Made by a program: the position numbers and the translations under genes
Part shown: positions 16,613-25,618 of the stretch, piece by piece
How positions within the stretch are numbered: the first letter of the stretch is position 1
Layout of the letters: the number at the start of each line of letters is the position of its first letter
The notes under the pieces: model-generated
Seen by the model: the letters and a program-made list of their open reading frames with translations, nothing else
Database searches by the model: none
What the model was told of the DNA's origin: nothing
NCBI RefSeq assembly: GCF_001997385.1
Contig: NZ_CP019633.1
Coordinates: forward strand, 2,400,001 to 2,432,000
DNA length: 32,000 bases
Reading direction: 5' to 3'
DNA from: Sedimentisphaera cyanobacteriorum
GTDB taxonomy: Bacteria; Planctomycetota; Phycisphaerae; Sedimentisphaerales; Sedimentisphaeraceae

Positions 16613-17488
16613 TTATTTCCAGTGGTCTTTGTCCGGCATAAACTGCCAAGACCACTGCGCACCTGCTGCAATCATCTGGATGGTGTCAGTGCCTTTGCAT
16701 TTGAGAAGGCTGCCGTCGATATAGCCGCAGTTGAGCTCGGTTTTTCCGAACAGATCGCCGCTGGGCACAGTAAATCCGTCCCTGTCCTGCTCAATATTAT
16801 CTGATGGATTAGCGTCTTTGAGTACATGGTATGGCGGGTCTTCCACGCCTGCATCATTGCTCGACCTTCCCACAGCTGAGCCGCTGAATTTATGCGAGCA
16901 TACCCAGCTCTGATTTGGCCTGAGCTGGTCGTAATAGCCCATGTAATCACTGATCAGCAGTTTATTGCGGCCTTTAGATTTCTTCCCCGGCCCCATAAAG
17001 CTTGCCACATTCCTTGAATTCTGGTAGTAAGACTTGAAATTCCAGTAAAGGGCGTAGGAGCAGTTTAAGTCTATGCTGTTATCTGAGAGCACATTATCCT
17101 TGTTTGTGTAAGCCTCCTGATAGGTGTAGGTATCCCCGCCTTGGGTTATGGCAACGGTAGTTTTGTCGAAGCCGGACACAGGACAGTTAAACAGGGTAAC
17201 ATCATCCACATATCCTTTGAGGTAGTTGTAGAGGATGGTGTCCTGATTGGCCTTGGTTCGGGCAAGCAGATTCGGCCTTGCGCCGGAGGTTGGGTGAGGC
17301 GGGTAGTCATAATTGTCTGCATGATAAGCCGTAACAGCGGTTACCGCCCCTTTCATATTAGACATTCAGACGGTCATTTTTGCCTGCTCCCTCGCCCTGC
17401 CCAGAGCGGGCATCAAGATAGCCATCAAAAGGGCTATGATTGAGATTACCACCAAAAGCTCAATCAGCGTAAAAGCTTTATTATTCAT
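16613..17488 (-). CDS. Prepilin-type N-terminal cleavage/methylation-domain protein (DUF1559-like), interrupted by one in-frame TGA at 17366-17368
   Basis: A strong SD 'AAGGAG' sits 5 nt before the ATG at 17488. The N-terminus '[40 protein letters not shown]' is followed by TGA, then '[18 protein letters not shown]...' in the same frame. The C-terminal 'NCGYIDGSL' resembles the N-x5-DGS end of this class. The ORF track reports only 16613-17365. Confidence 0.65.
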
Positions 17489-17723
17489 AACTTCTCCTTT
17501 TAGCTGAAAAAATATCTAACCTCATAACCTCATAAAAGTATGTTTTCAACTGCTGATTTTTTTCGAAAAATTTTTTTTTATTCTAAAGGCCTAACTGATT
17601 TGCCGGCTTCAAAACGCTTAATTGTATTTGTTTTTTATGTCCAATCTTTCGCTTGGCTCTGGAAGAAACGGGGTTTTTAGTTTATAATTGCAATTAGAAA
17701 AGTTTTAAGACTATGGAGAAAAA

Positions 17724-19148
17724 ATGAAGAGCTTTGCAGGGAAAAAATATTACTTTGTCGGAGCGGGCGGTATTGGCATGAGCGGCCTTGCGATGGTGCT
17801 TCTGCGCAGCGGTGCTGAGATCTACGGTTCAGACCGGCAAGGCGGTTTTGTAATAGAAAAGCTCAACAGCCTCGGCGCTGATATAAAGATCGGGCATATG
17901 AAGGAGTGGCTTCAGGCTGCGGGAGAAATGGATGCGGTTGTAATTTCTGCGGCTGTAGGAAGCGATAATCCCGAGCTGAAATACGCAAAGGAAAAGGGCT
18001 TCCGCGTGCTAAAATACGCCCAGATGCTCGGTCAGATAGTAGATCAGCACAAGGGAATCGCATTCGCGGGCACACACGGAAAAAGCTCCACCAGCGGCTG
18101 GGCGGCATTTATGCTTTCTCGTCTGGAATATTCGCCCAATTACATTGTGGGCGCAGATATCAAGCAGCTCGAGGGCTCAAGCGGGGTTGGCAAGGGAAAC
18201 GATTTTATCGTGGAGGCCTGCGAATACGACAGAAGCTTTATCAATATCCGCCCGGAAACAGCCGTTATCACCAACATAGACCTCGACCATCTGGACTACT
18301 ACCGTGATATTGATGATATTATCGGCGCCTTCAGCGAGTTTCTTGCGGGGGTTAAGCCTGGCGGGAAGATTATTCTGAATGCAGACGACAGATACTATAA
18401 GCCCCTGCTTGAGAGCTACTACGAGCGAATGAAATCGTTCGGCCGAGAGCCGGCAGATATTATTACCTACGGCATTGAGGCCAATGCTGATTATAAGGCA
18501 TCCGGCCTGAAGCTTGAGGACGGAACTTACAGCTTTGAGCTCTGCTACGACGGCTACCCAACCGGACGTATTCACATTGAGCTTCCCGGGGTGCATAATG
18601 TTTACAACTGCCTTGCAGCGATAGCAGCCCTCGGCAGTCAGGGCGTTGAAACTGAGGGGCTCATCAGAACTGCCGGGCTCTTCGAGGGGATAGACAGAAG
18701 GCTTATGGTGCTTGCTGAAAGGCAGGGGATAAAGCTAATAGACGACTACGCCCACCACCCCACTGAGATCAGGGCATCGCTTGCGGCAGTTCGCCAGATG
18801 TATCGCCCGCAGAGAATCGTATGCGTTTTCCAGCCGCATCAGTACAGCAGAACCAGATTTTTTATGGACGATTTCGCCCAAAGCTTCGAACTCTCAGACC
18901 TTGTGATAGTTCCTGAAATATATTTCGTACGCGATACCCTCGAGAGCACAAAGCAGGTGAGCTCGCAGGATTTGGTGGCAAAGATCAAAGAAAAAGGCAG
19001 CGAGGCGGTGTTTATAGATTCGTTCACCGGCATACTCAGCTACCTCAAGGAAAATATCAACAGCGGGGATGTGGTGATTACCATGGGTGCAGGCGACATC
19101 TGGAAAGTGGCAGAGGACTACATCAAATGGCTTCGCACTGGAAGCTGA
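17724..19148 (+). CDS. murC: UDP-N-acetylmuramate--L-alanine ligase
   Basis: 'YYFVGAGGIGMSGLA', 'AGTHGKSSTS' and 'DDYAHHPTEI', with Mur-ligase length and order. Confidence 0.9.
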   Translation: MKSFAGKKYYFVGAGGIGMSGLAMVLLRSGAEIYGSDRQGGFVIEKLNSLGADIKIGHMKEWLQAAGEMDAVVISAAVGSDNPELKYAKEKGFRVLKYAQMLGQIVDQHKGIAFAGTHGKSSTSGWAAFMLSRLEYSPNYIVGADIKQLEGSSGVGKGNDFIVEACEYDRSFINIRPETAVITNIDLDHLDYYRDIDDIIGAFSEFLAGVKPGGKIILNADDRYYKPLLESYYERMKSFGREPADIITYGIEANADYKASGLKLEDGTYSFELCYDGYPTGRIHIELPGVHNVYNCLAAIAALGSQGVETEGLIRTAGLFEGIDRRLMVLAERQGIKLIDDYAHHPTEIRASLAAVRQMYRPQRIVCVFQPHQYSRTRFFMDDFAQSFELSDLVIVPEIYFVRDTLESTKQVSSQDLVAKIKEKGSEAVFIDSFTGILSYLKENINSGDVVITMGAGDIWKVAEDYIKWLRTGS

Positions 19149-19159
19149 CAAGAACATAA

Positions 19160-20872
19160 ATGCTGAAAAAATTCATACAATACTACAAGCCCCATAAGGG
19201 GCTTCTGATTCTCTCGCTCGGTGCAGCGGTTATAGGCTCCGCTATTACCGTTTTTATCCCCGTAATCACAAGAAGACTGCTGAATGACCATCTCCCCGAA
19301 GAGAATATGCAGGCCATAAGCATCAGCATTGCCGTGCTGTTTGGTATGGTTACTGCCGCATCAATACTTGCATTTATACGTGTGAAGTGGGGGCATATCC
19401 TCGGCGTACGTATGGAAACGGATATGCGCGCAGATATATTCCGTCATATCCAGAAGCTCAGCTTCAATTATTTTGACAACGTAAAAACCGGCCATATTAT
19501 GAGCCGAATCTCCAACGACCTCAACCAGATAGCGGAAATCGCTCATCACGCCCCAGAAGATCTGCTCATTTCGGCGATTGTGATTATCGGCGCATTCATA
19601 ATGATGTTCAGCTTCAATCCGATTCTTGCGGGGGCGGCGCTTATCCCGCTGATAATTATTATTTCCTGGGGCATACTCTACGGCGGGATGATGCGAAAGG
19701 GCTTTCGGCGAGTGCGAAGGAAGATTGCCGATATCAACAGCTCCGTTGAGAATTCTGTGCAGGGGATCAGAGAGGTTAAGGCGTTTGCCAACGAGCCGGA
19801 AGAGATTGAAAAATTCCACTCTGTAAACTACAGCTTCAAAAGAGCCAAGGAGCGTATGTACGGGATTATGAGCATTTTCTTCTCGGTGATGACTCTGCTG
19901 ACAGAATCGTATTTTCTCGTTGTGATTTGCGTTGGCGTGTTTCTGATAAAGGCAGACCAGCTCACAGCGGGCGATCTTGTGGCATTTATACTGTACGTGC
20001 ACCTTATCCTGAAACCCATACAGAGGCTTGTTAATTTTTCAGAGCAGCTTCAGAGGGGGTTTGCCTGCTTCGAGAGATTCATTGAGATTATGGAAATCGA
20101 GCCGGATATAGTTGATTGCGACAGCCCTGTAGAGCTCAGCGATGTTCAGGGGCATATTGAATTTGAAAACCTTTCCTTCAGCTACGACGGTAAGAATTAT
20201 GTTTTGAAGGATCTCAACCTCACCATACCGGCGAACAAAACAGCCGCTCTGGTGGGCGAATCGGGAGCGGGCAAATCTACGATTGTATCGCTTGTGCCCA
20301 GATTCTATGAGCCGCAGAACGGCAGGATAACCATCGACGGGGTGGATATAATGAAGCTCAAGCGAAGGTTTCTCCGCGAGAATATTGGAATCGTTCAGCA
20401 GTCTGCTTTTCTCTTCGATGCAACGATTCGCGAGAACATAATGTACGGAAAGCTCGACGCCTCGGAAGAGGAAATAATAGAAGCTGCCCGAAAGGCAAAT
20501 ATCCTCAAATACATACAGTCTCTGCCCGACGGTTTTGATACTCTTGTTGGAGAAAGGGGCGTAAAGCTTTCAGGCGGACAGAAGCAGAGGCTCTCCATCG
20601 CGAGGGTGTTTTTGAAGAATCCTCCGATATTTATCTTCGATGAGGCCACAAGCGCTCTGGACTCAGAATCCGAAGCCCTGATACAAAGCTCTCTTGAGCT
20701 TCTCAGCAAAGACCGAACGACGATTGTTATCGCCCACCGCCTCTCAACTGTGCGGGATGCGGATAAGATTATCGTTCTCAAAGACGGCAGGAAAACAGAA
20801 GAAGGCTCCCACGAAGAGCTGATCGCCAGCGGAGGCCAGTACCACAGCTTCTACACTATGAACGTGCTGTAA
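19160..20872 (+). CDS. ABC exporter, fused permease/ATPase (MsbA-like family)
   Basis: An N-terminal six-TM-type domain. Walker A 'GESGAGKST', signature 'LSGGQKQRLSIAR', Walker B 'IFIFDEATSALD' and H-loop 'IAHRLST'. Confidence 0.9.
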   Translation: MLKKFIQYYKPHKGLLILSLGAAVIGSAITVFIPVITRRLLNDHLPEENMQAISISIAVLFGMVTAASILAFIRVKWGHILGVRMETDMRADIFRHIQKLSFNYFDNVKTGHIMSRISNDLNQIAEIAHHAPEDLLISAIVIIGAFIMMFSFNPILAGAALIPLIIIISWGILYGGMMRKGFRRVRRKIADINSSVENSVQGIREVKAFANEPEEIEKFHSVNYSFKRAKERMYGIMSIFFSVMTLLTESYFLVVICVGVFLIKADQLTAGDLVAFILYVHLILKPIQRLVNFSEQLQRGFACFERFIEIMEIEPDIVDCDSPVELSDVQGHIEFENLSFSYDGKNYVLKDLNLTIPANKTAALVGESGAGKSTIVSLVPRFYEPQNGRITIDGVDIMKLKRRFLRENIGIVQQSAFLFDATIRENIMYGKLDASEEEIIEAARKANILKYIQSLPDGFDTLVGERGVKLSGGQKQRLSIARVFLKNPPIFIFDEATSALDSESEALIQSSLELLSKDRTTIVIAHRLSTVRDADKIIVLKDGRKTEEGSHEELIASGGQYHSFYTMNVL

Positions 20873-20899
20873 GCGTCTTAGGCATACCGTAATCGGGGA

Positions 20900-22861
20900 T
20901 TACCATATCTTTGCCATAAACGCAAAATCTATGTTATTGATGTCTCCGTCTTTGTTGAAGTCTGTTCCTTCTCGCCAGCTGTTATCTGCTGTCGGGCTGG
21001 CGCACCATTTCTGCCTGAACGTATCTAAATCGCTCATGCCGGTCTGCATATCGGCGTTTCTGTCTGCAAAGAATATCGGCCAGTCCTCACGCAGTACGGG
21101 CATATCCGAGCCCATTTCCCACATCGAATCAAAGTTCCAGCCTCTGTTGATGTATTTCAGAGAATCGGTAACGGTGCTGCTGTATAGCGTGTAAGCAGCA
21201 TTTGAGGGCTCTTCAGAAGTGTTTGCAAACCGTTCTCCTGCGAGGGCGGTTGAATAATTGTAAAAGCAGTCTATTATCAACCCGCTCTGCCAGGGGTATG
21301 CAAATGCGTAGTTGGAGTCTCCTTCTGCGGATGAGACAAACCCGCAGCTGAATGACTGTTCGATCGGATCTCGTGCGAGGCCGCAAAATCCGCTTGCATT
21401 TGCCGGAATTTCTTCGCCCCAGCCCAAAACATCGCCGCTTGCAGTGCAGTATGCGATATCGTAATTCGTATCGTTCTCGCCCACGGCTGCTCCGCAGTAA
21501 GTTCCCCCGAAGATATCGGCTCTGCTTTCACAGCAGAGTATTTCGCCTTTGTTTTTCCCCGTAATACCCCCGACATACTGATTCCCGTAAACTGAGCCGG
21601 TACTCAGGCAGCCGGTAATAGAGCAGCCGGTGTTGTTGGTTGAGCAAATGCCTCCGTAATAAAATCCGTTTTTAGTTTCTGAACCGAGGAATATATTGTT
21701 TGCAGTGCATCCGGAGATAATTCCATTGCCCGAGGCGCTGGATAAATTTGCAGCAATCCCGCTAACTCCGCCGCTGCTGCAAGTAATGCGGTTTACCGCT
21801 GAGCAGTTTTGTATCTTTCCGCCGGAATTTTTGGCTGCAATCCCGCCAACAGCTCCGTAGCTGGATAAGATTTCAATATCTGCTGAGCAGTTTCTTACTG
21901 TTCCAGAATTGTCTGCTGCTATGCCCGCTGCGGCAGCTCCGTATTGACCTGAAGCCTCTATTCTCCCCGAAACGCTGCAGTTATAAATTGCTCCCTCATT
22001 TGTACCTGCGATACCTGCAAGGCTGTAATGGCCAATGATGTCAAAATTGCTCACGTGAAGATTCCGCACAACTCCGCCCTCGGCTATAAATCCGAATATG
22101 CCTTTGTTTCTGTCGAATGGGTACTCCTCTGCGTGGTAGGTAAGGCTGCTGATTTTAAATCCGCGTCCGTCGAATGAACCTGAGAATTTGCAGGATGAAT
22201 CGTATCCGAGCGGGTAGAACTCAGCTGTTTCGTCTTCCGGCTCGCCTGAATTATGCCCGAAGCCGGTTAGGTCTATATCGCCGGCAAGGGCAAAATGATT
22301 CCCGCTGAGATGCTCCCTTTCGCTGTAGATGTAAGCAAAATCATCGCCGGAGCTTATCAGGTAGGGATTGATTTTCGTCCCCTCGCCCGGGAGCTGATAG
22401 CCGAACCTTATGTTATCCAGAAGCATGAAATGATTTTCTTCGGGGTAATAGCTGCCCTGCCGAGAAACCTCCCAGCGGAATGTATGGGGCTGATAATCAA
22501 TATTATATTCTAATTCACGCCAGCCAGTGGATGTGAAGTGCAGATTACCCTTATATATGCCGTCTATGTAAAACTTGGCCTGATCATAAGGCTGGAAATA
22601 CGGATTGAAATCGAAGGCTATTCGGTTTGTAGTAACCTCTATCTCGAGAACGATTATATCACCCTCAGCTATCTCAGGGGAGGAAGTTAGAGCATAATCC
22701 CCGCTGCTGGAGTCTTCTGTTGTAAATTCCCAACTCTTTGCTCCTGTATTATCAGACCAGCCTGCAAGGGCATATTCTCCGCCTTCAAAGCTTTCAGCTG
22801 TTAAAGAAGCAAAACAAAAAAGATTCAGCGAGACCAGACAAAACAAACAATTACGCAGCAT
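20900..22861 (-). CDS. Secreted GLUG-repeat (beta-helix-like) protein with an N-terminal jelly-roll-like domain and a C-terminal dockerin/EF-hand-like motif
   Basis: Signal peptide 'MLRNCLFCLVSLNLFCFASLTA'. About seven repeats follow the pattern G-G-I-A-x-x-N-x-G-x-I-x-N-C (e.g. 'GIAGTNEGAIYNCS', 'GGIAAKNSGGKIQNCS', 'GGITGKNKGEILCCE'). The C-terminus is 'DFNKDGDINNIDFAFMAKIW'. Confidence 0.7.
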   Translation of the reverse strand: MLRNCLFCLVSLNLFCFASLTAESFEGGEYALAGWSDNTGAKSWEFTTEDSSSGDYALTSSPEIAEGDIIVLEIEVTTNRIAFDFNPYFQPYDQAKFYIDGIYKGNLHFTSTGWRELEYNIDYQPHTFRWEVSRQGSYYPEENHFMLLDNIRFGYQLPGEGTKINPYLISSGDDFAYIYSEREHLSGNHFALAGDIDLTGFGHNSGEPEDETAEFYPLGYDSSCKFSGSFDGRGFKISSLTYHAEEYPFDRNKGIFGFIAEGGVVRNLHVSNFDIIGHYSLAGIAGTNEGAIYNCSVSGRIEASGQYGAAAAGIAADNSGTVRNCSADIEILSSYGAVGGIAAKNSGGKIQNCSAVNRITCSSGGVSGIAANLSSASGNGIISGCTANNIFLGSETKNGFYYGGICSTNNTGCSITGCLSTGSVYGNQYVGGITGKNKGEILCCESRADIFGGTYCGAAVGENDTNYDIAYCTASGDVLGWGEEIPANASGFCGLARDPIEQSFSCGFVSSAEGDSNYAFAYPWQSGLIIDCFYNYSTALAGERFANTSEEPSNAAYTLYSSTVTDSLKYINRGWNFDSMWEMGSDMPVLREDWPIFFADRNADMQTGMSDLDTFRQKWCASPTADNSWREGTDFNKDGDINNIDFAFMAKIW

Positions 22862-23098
22862 TTCAATACTCCAGTAAAAATATCAGCTTTAAGAACGTTG
22901 AAACTATATAATATAATATATCACAGAAAGTTCAACGCTATTTTTTTAATGCTGCCGATTTTTTAAGAAAATGTTTGCCCCGCCCCTAACCACCCCAAAA
23001 AATCATATCTTTATGCTTAAGCTGTGAAAAATGCAGAGTGCAGATTAACGAACAGTTAATAAATAACTCAACAAATTTCTCTGCTTCCCAAATAGCAT

Positions 23099-24010
23099 TT
23101 ATTCAAAGAGGCTTAATTGTTTTGAGGATTGATCGCCGTAAACAGACTCAACAGACTGAACAAATTTTTTCATAGCGTTTTCATGATTAGACAAAAACCA
23201 TTTTTTATGATTTTCTAAATACTCATCTCTGATATCAGGCCGCCTTAAGTCTAAGGGAACTCTTTCCATTCGAGGATCAACGCTGTCGAAGCCTTTGAAT
23301 GGCTCAGACAGCCTCTTCTGAGTCATTTTTACATAATCAGAATTAATCTCAATACCAATACAATCTCTTTTCAATTGCTGGCAAACCCTCAAGGTTGTCC
23401 CGCTTCCGGAAAATGGATCTAACACTCTGTCCCCTTTGCAGGAGGAGGCAAGAACCATTCGTTCAATTAGCCCTTCCGGTTTTTGAGTAGGGTGGTTTTG
23501 CCTGTTTCCGTTACAATAATGAACGTGAGAAAACTCCCAAACATCACCAGGGTTTGCCCCTCTCATATTATTTCGTTCTCTGTAATACTTCTGCGGGACT
23601 CGAACAGCATCCAGATTAAACTTAAACTCATCCGATTTTGTAAACATAAGTATGTCATCATGGCGGGGGGAAAAACCCTTAGTTTTACCAATACCTTGCG
23701 TATAGTGCCAAACAATCCAGTTCCTGAAATACATTTTCAGGTCTCGCTCAAGGATATTGAATAAATAAGAAATGAATCGAAACCCCATGAAAACATATAC
23801 AGTTCCATTATACTTTAATAAACGGTGAGCCTGCTGAAGCCAAGAGTTTGTAAAGGATAAATACTCATCGAATTTTTTGGCATCATAATTATTGCCGTAA
23901 TTTTTCCCAAGATTATAAGGAGGGTCTGCGATTATCAGATCAATCGAGCTGCTGTCAATTTCCTGCATTTGCTTTACAGCATCACCTGTAATTAATCTTG
24001 TGTTACTCAT
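23099..24010 (-). CDS. Beta-class DNA N6-adenine/N4-cytosine methyltransferase (type II R-M modification subunit)
   Basis: Motif IV 'LIIADPPYNLGK' lies near the N-terminus and motif I 'VLDPFSGSGTT' near the C-terminus (order IV...I, so beta class). 'DPPY' favours m6A. The start overlaps the upstream nuclease stop by 8 nt. Confidence 0.85.
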   Translation of the reverse strand: MSNTRLITGDAVKQMQEIDSSSIDLIIADPPYNLGKNYGNNYDAKKFDEYLSFTNSWLQQAHRLLKYNGTVYVFMGFRFISYLFNILERDLKMYFRNWIVWHYTQGIGKTKGFSPRHDDILMFTKSDEFKFNLDAVRVPQKYYRERNNMRGANPGDVWEFSHVHYCNGNRQNHPTQKPEGLIERMVLASSCKGDRVLDPFSGSGTTLRVCQQLKRDCIGIEINSDYVKMTQKRLSEPFKGFDSVDPRMERVPLDLRRPDIRDEYLENHKKWFLSNHENAMKKFVQSVESVYGDQSSKQLSLFE

Positions 24011-24779
24011 CTATTTTAACCCATCCATTTTTCTTTGCGAGTTTCAGCCATTGGTCAAAACCTTTTTGGGAATCTATATATTTTCGGTCGAGCAATTTGC
24101 ATAATTCCCATGTCGTTCTTTTTTTTATCTTAACATAATGTATATCACGGACTTGAATTTGTCCAGTCCCTAATGAAGGATTAAAGCATATATCTGAATC
24201 TGACAAGTACTTCAAGTCGTAGGCATTATGCGACACGATTTCCATTATACCATCAATAAGGCCGGTTTTGGGATTTCTCTTAGAATAAACTTTATACTTT
24301 AAAGAAAGGATTATGAACATATAATCAGGGTCTTGAACAAAGGCCGATCTTATCCTTGCAAAAGATGTTATATTTGGTGCTCTTCCGCTGCTTTGAAAAT
24401 CTTCCGAAGTGGCTTTCACATCAACTTCTGAAGTAACGCCTGTCTCAGATGCACGTTCTTTCTTGAATTGCAGAACAACATCTGCCATGTGAAGCCTTTG
24501 CTGAGCTTCAACGTTAATCAAATTGTACTTATTACCATTGTCTTCTGAAATATTGTAGAAGGTTTCGAACGCCCAAGCTTCAACTATCGGCCCGCCAATT
24601 TTATTAATGTTTTCCATTGGCAAGCCAAGTTTAAGATTGGTATTTATAATAATTTGATTTTTCCGCTTATCAACTGCCTCCTGAATTATCTTCTCAATAG
24701 TACGTGTAACAAAGTCTGAACATTGCTCGTAATCCTCGCTTTGTTTTGGCTGCTTGATTTCAAGTTCATCATAATTCAT
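24003..24779 (-). CDS. Type II restriction endonuclease, EcoRV-like PD-(D/E)XK fold
   Basis: 'EAQQRLHMADVVLQFK...SEVDVKAT...NITSFARIR' aligns by eye with EcoRV 'EPKQQNHYPDFTLYK...IAIDIKTT...GYTSFIRN' (the catalytic D...D-x-K). 'SLGTGQIQVRDIH' sits at the position of the EcoRV recognition loop 'GSGNTTNIGSIH'. Start set at ATG 24779 (MNYDELE...), preceded by 'GAGGG'. Confidence 0.6.
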   Translation of the reverse strand: MNYDELEIKQPKQSEDYEQCSDFVTRTIEKIIQEAVDKRKNQIIINTNLKLGLPMENINKIGGPIVEAWAFETFYNISEDNGNKYNLINVEAQQRLHMADVVLQFKKERASETGVTSEVDVKATSEDFQSSGRAPNITSFARIRSAFVQDPDYMFIILSLKYKVYSKRNPKTGLIDGIMEIVSHNAYDLKYLSDSDICFNPSLGTGQIQVRDIHYVKIKKRTTWELCKLLDRKYIDSQKGFDQWLKLAKKNGWVKIDE

Positions 24780-24859
24780 TCTATCCAACCCTCATTAAAA
24801 CAAGAATTCTTACTATACCAATACAATGCTGTTTTACTGCTATTAATAAATAGTCTTTA

Positions 24860-25618
24860 TTAGTAATATATCTTCATCAGGCAGAGGCCGTTTGGGGGGG
24901 CGAGCTGTCCTGCGGCTCTGCGGTCTCTGGCGGCGAAAATCTCTTGTATCTTCTCGGGCTTCCATCTTCCTCTGCCCACCTCCACGAGAGTTCCCACCAT
25001 ATTCCGCACCATATTATACATAAACCTCCTGCCCACCACATCGATAATCACAAACTCCCCTTCCGCCTTTACGCTGCACTGGAAAATCGTTCTGATGCTG
25101 TCTGTCCTGTAATCTTTTGCCGAAGCGAAAGACTTATAATCCTTTGTGCCTTCCATTAGCTTTCCAGCCTCGGCCATTTTTGCTGTATCGAGGGGGCGGG
25201 GGTAATGCCAGAGGGTTCGCCAGCTGAAAACGGGTTTGCCGGTGCCGGTATAGATCGTATATCGGTAATGCTTTTTCACAGGCGAGCCGATGGGGTCGAA
25301 ATCCAGAGGCACTTCTTCAATATCCGTGATGCAGATATCAGCGGGCAGGATATTGTTTACTGCCCTTTTGATATTCTCCAGCGGTATCGGCGTATCGACA
25401 ACCATATTTGCTGTTTGCCCGAGTGCGTGCACGCCGGCATCGGTTCTGCTTGCACCGCAAACGTTTACCTTCTTCTCAAACAATGCTGCCAGAGCCTCTT
25501 CGAGGGTCTGCTGCACGCTCACAGTATCCCTCTGCTTTGCCCAGCCGTGATATGCGCTGCCGTCGTAGGCAACGGTCATTTTTATGTTCTTATCCAAGCA
25601 GAGCCTCTCAGCTTGCAA
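24860..25618 (-). CDS. truA: tRNA pseudouridine(38-40) synthase
   Basis: 'VAYDGSAYHGWAKQ', catalytic 'GASRTDAGVHALGQ' and 'RFMYNMVRNMVG'. The exact start is uncertain: TTG at 25618 or a downstream TTG/ATG. Confidence 0.85.
   Translation of the reverse strand: MQAERLCLDKNIKMTVAYDGSAYHGWAKQRDTVSVQQTLEEALAALFEKKVNVCGASRTDAGVHALGQTANMVVDTPIPLENIKRAVNNILPADICITDIEEVPLDFDPIGSPVKKHYRYTIYTGTGKPVFSWRTLWHYPRPLDTAKMAEAGKLMEGTKDYKSFASAKDYRTDSIRTIFQCSVKAEGEFVIIDVVGRRFMYNMVRNMVGTLVEVGRGRWKPEKIQEIFAARDRRAAGQLAPPNGLCLMKIYY

Noticed and set aside
17366-17368. Genome-wide TGA reassignment (code 4 or 25) as the explanation for the in-frame TGAs at 326 and 17366
   Set aside because: TGA terminates murC (19146-19148), rpoD, the aminotransferase, the methyltransferase and the IS transposase at positions where homologues end and the next gene begins. 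The standard code therefore applies.
19361-20002. Long antisense or alternate-frame ORFs inside well-supported genes (for example 19361-20002, 29755-30405, 30718-31263, 2844-3194, 9937-10431, 25205-25699, 26511-26963, 28696-29235 and 13189-13530)
   Set aside because: These are shadow ORFs opposite or out of frame with genes that have strong motif support. Their biased Arg/Ser/Leu/Cys-rich composition is typical of non-coding frames.
23056-23065. 10-mer TTAATAAATA flanking the R-M cassette on both sides (also at 24843-24852) as a target-site duplication
   Set aside because: It is a low-complexity AT-only word in AT-rich spacers. My rough estimate of the chance of such a match is of order tens of percent, and no transposase or integrase is associated.
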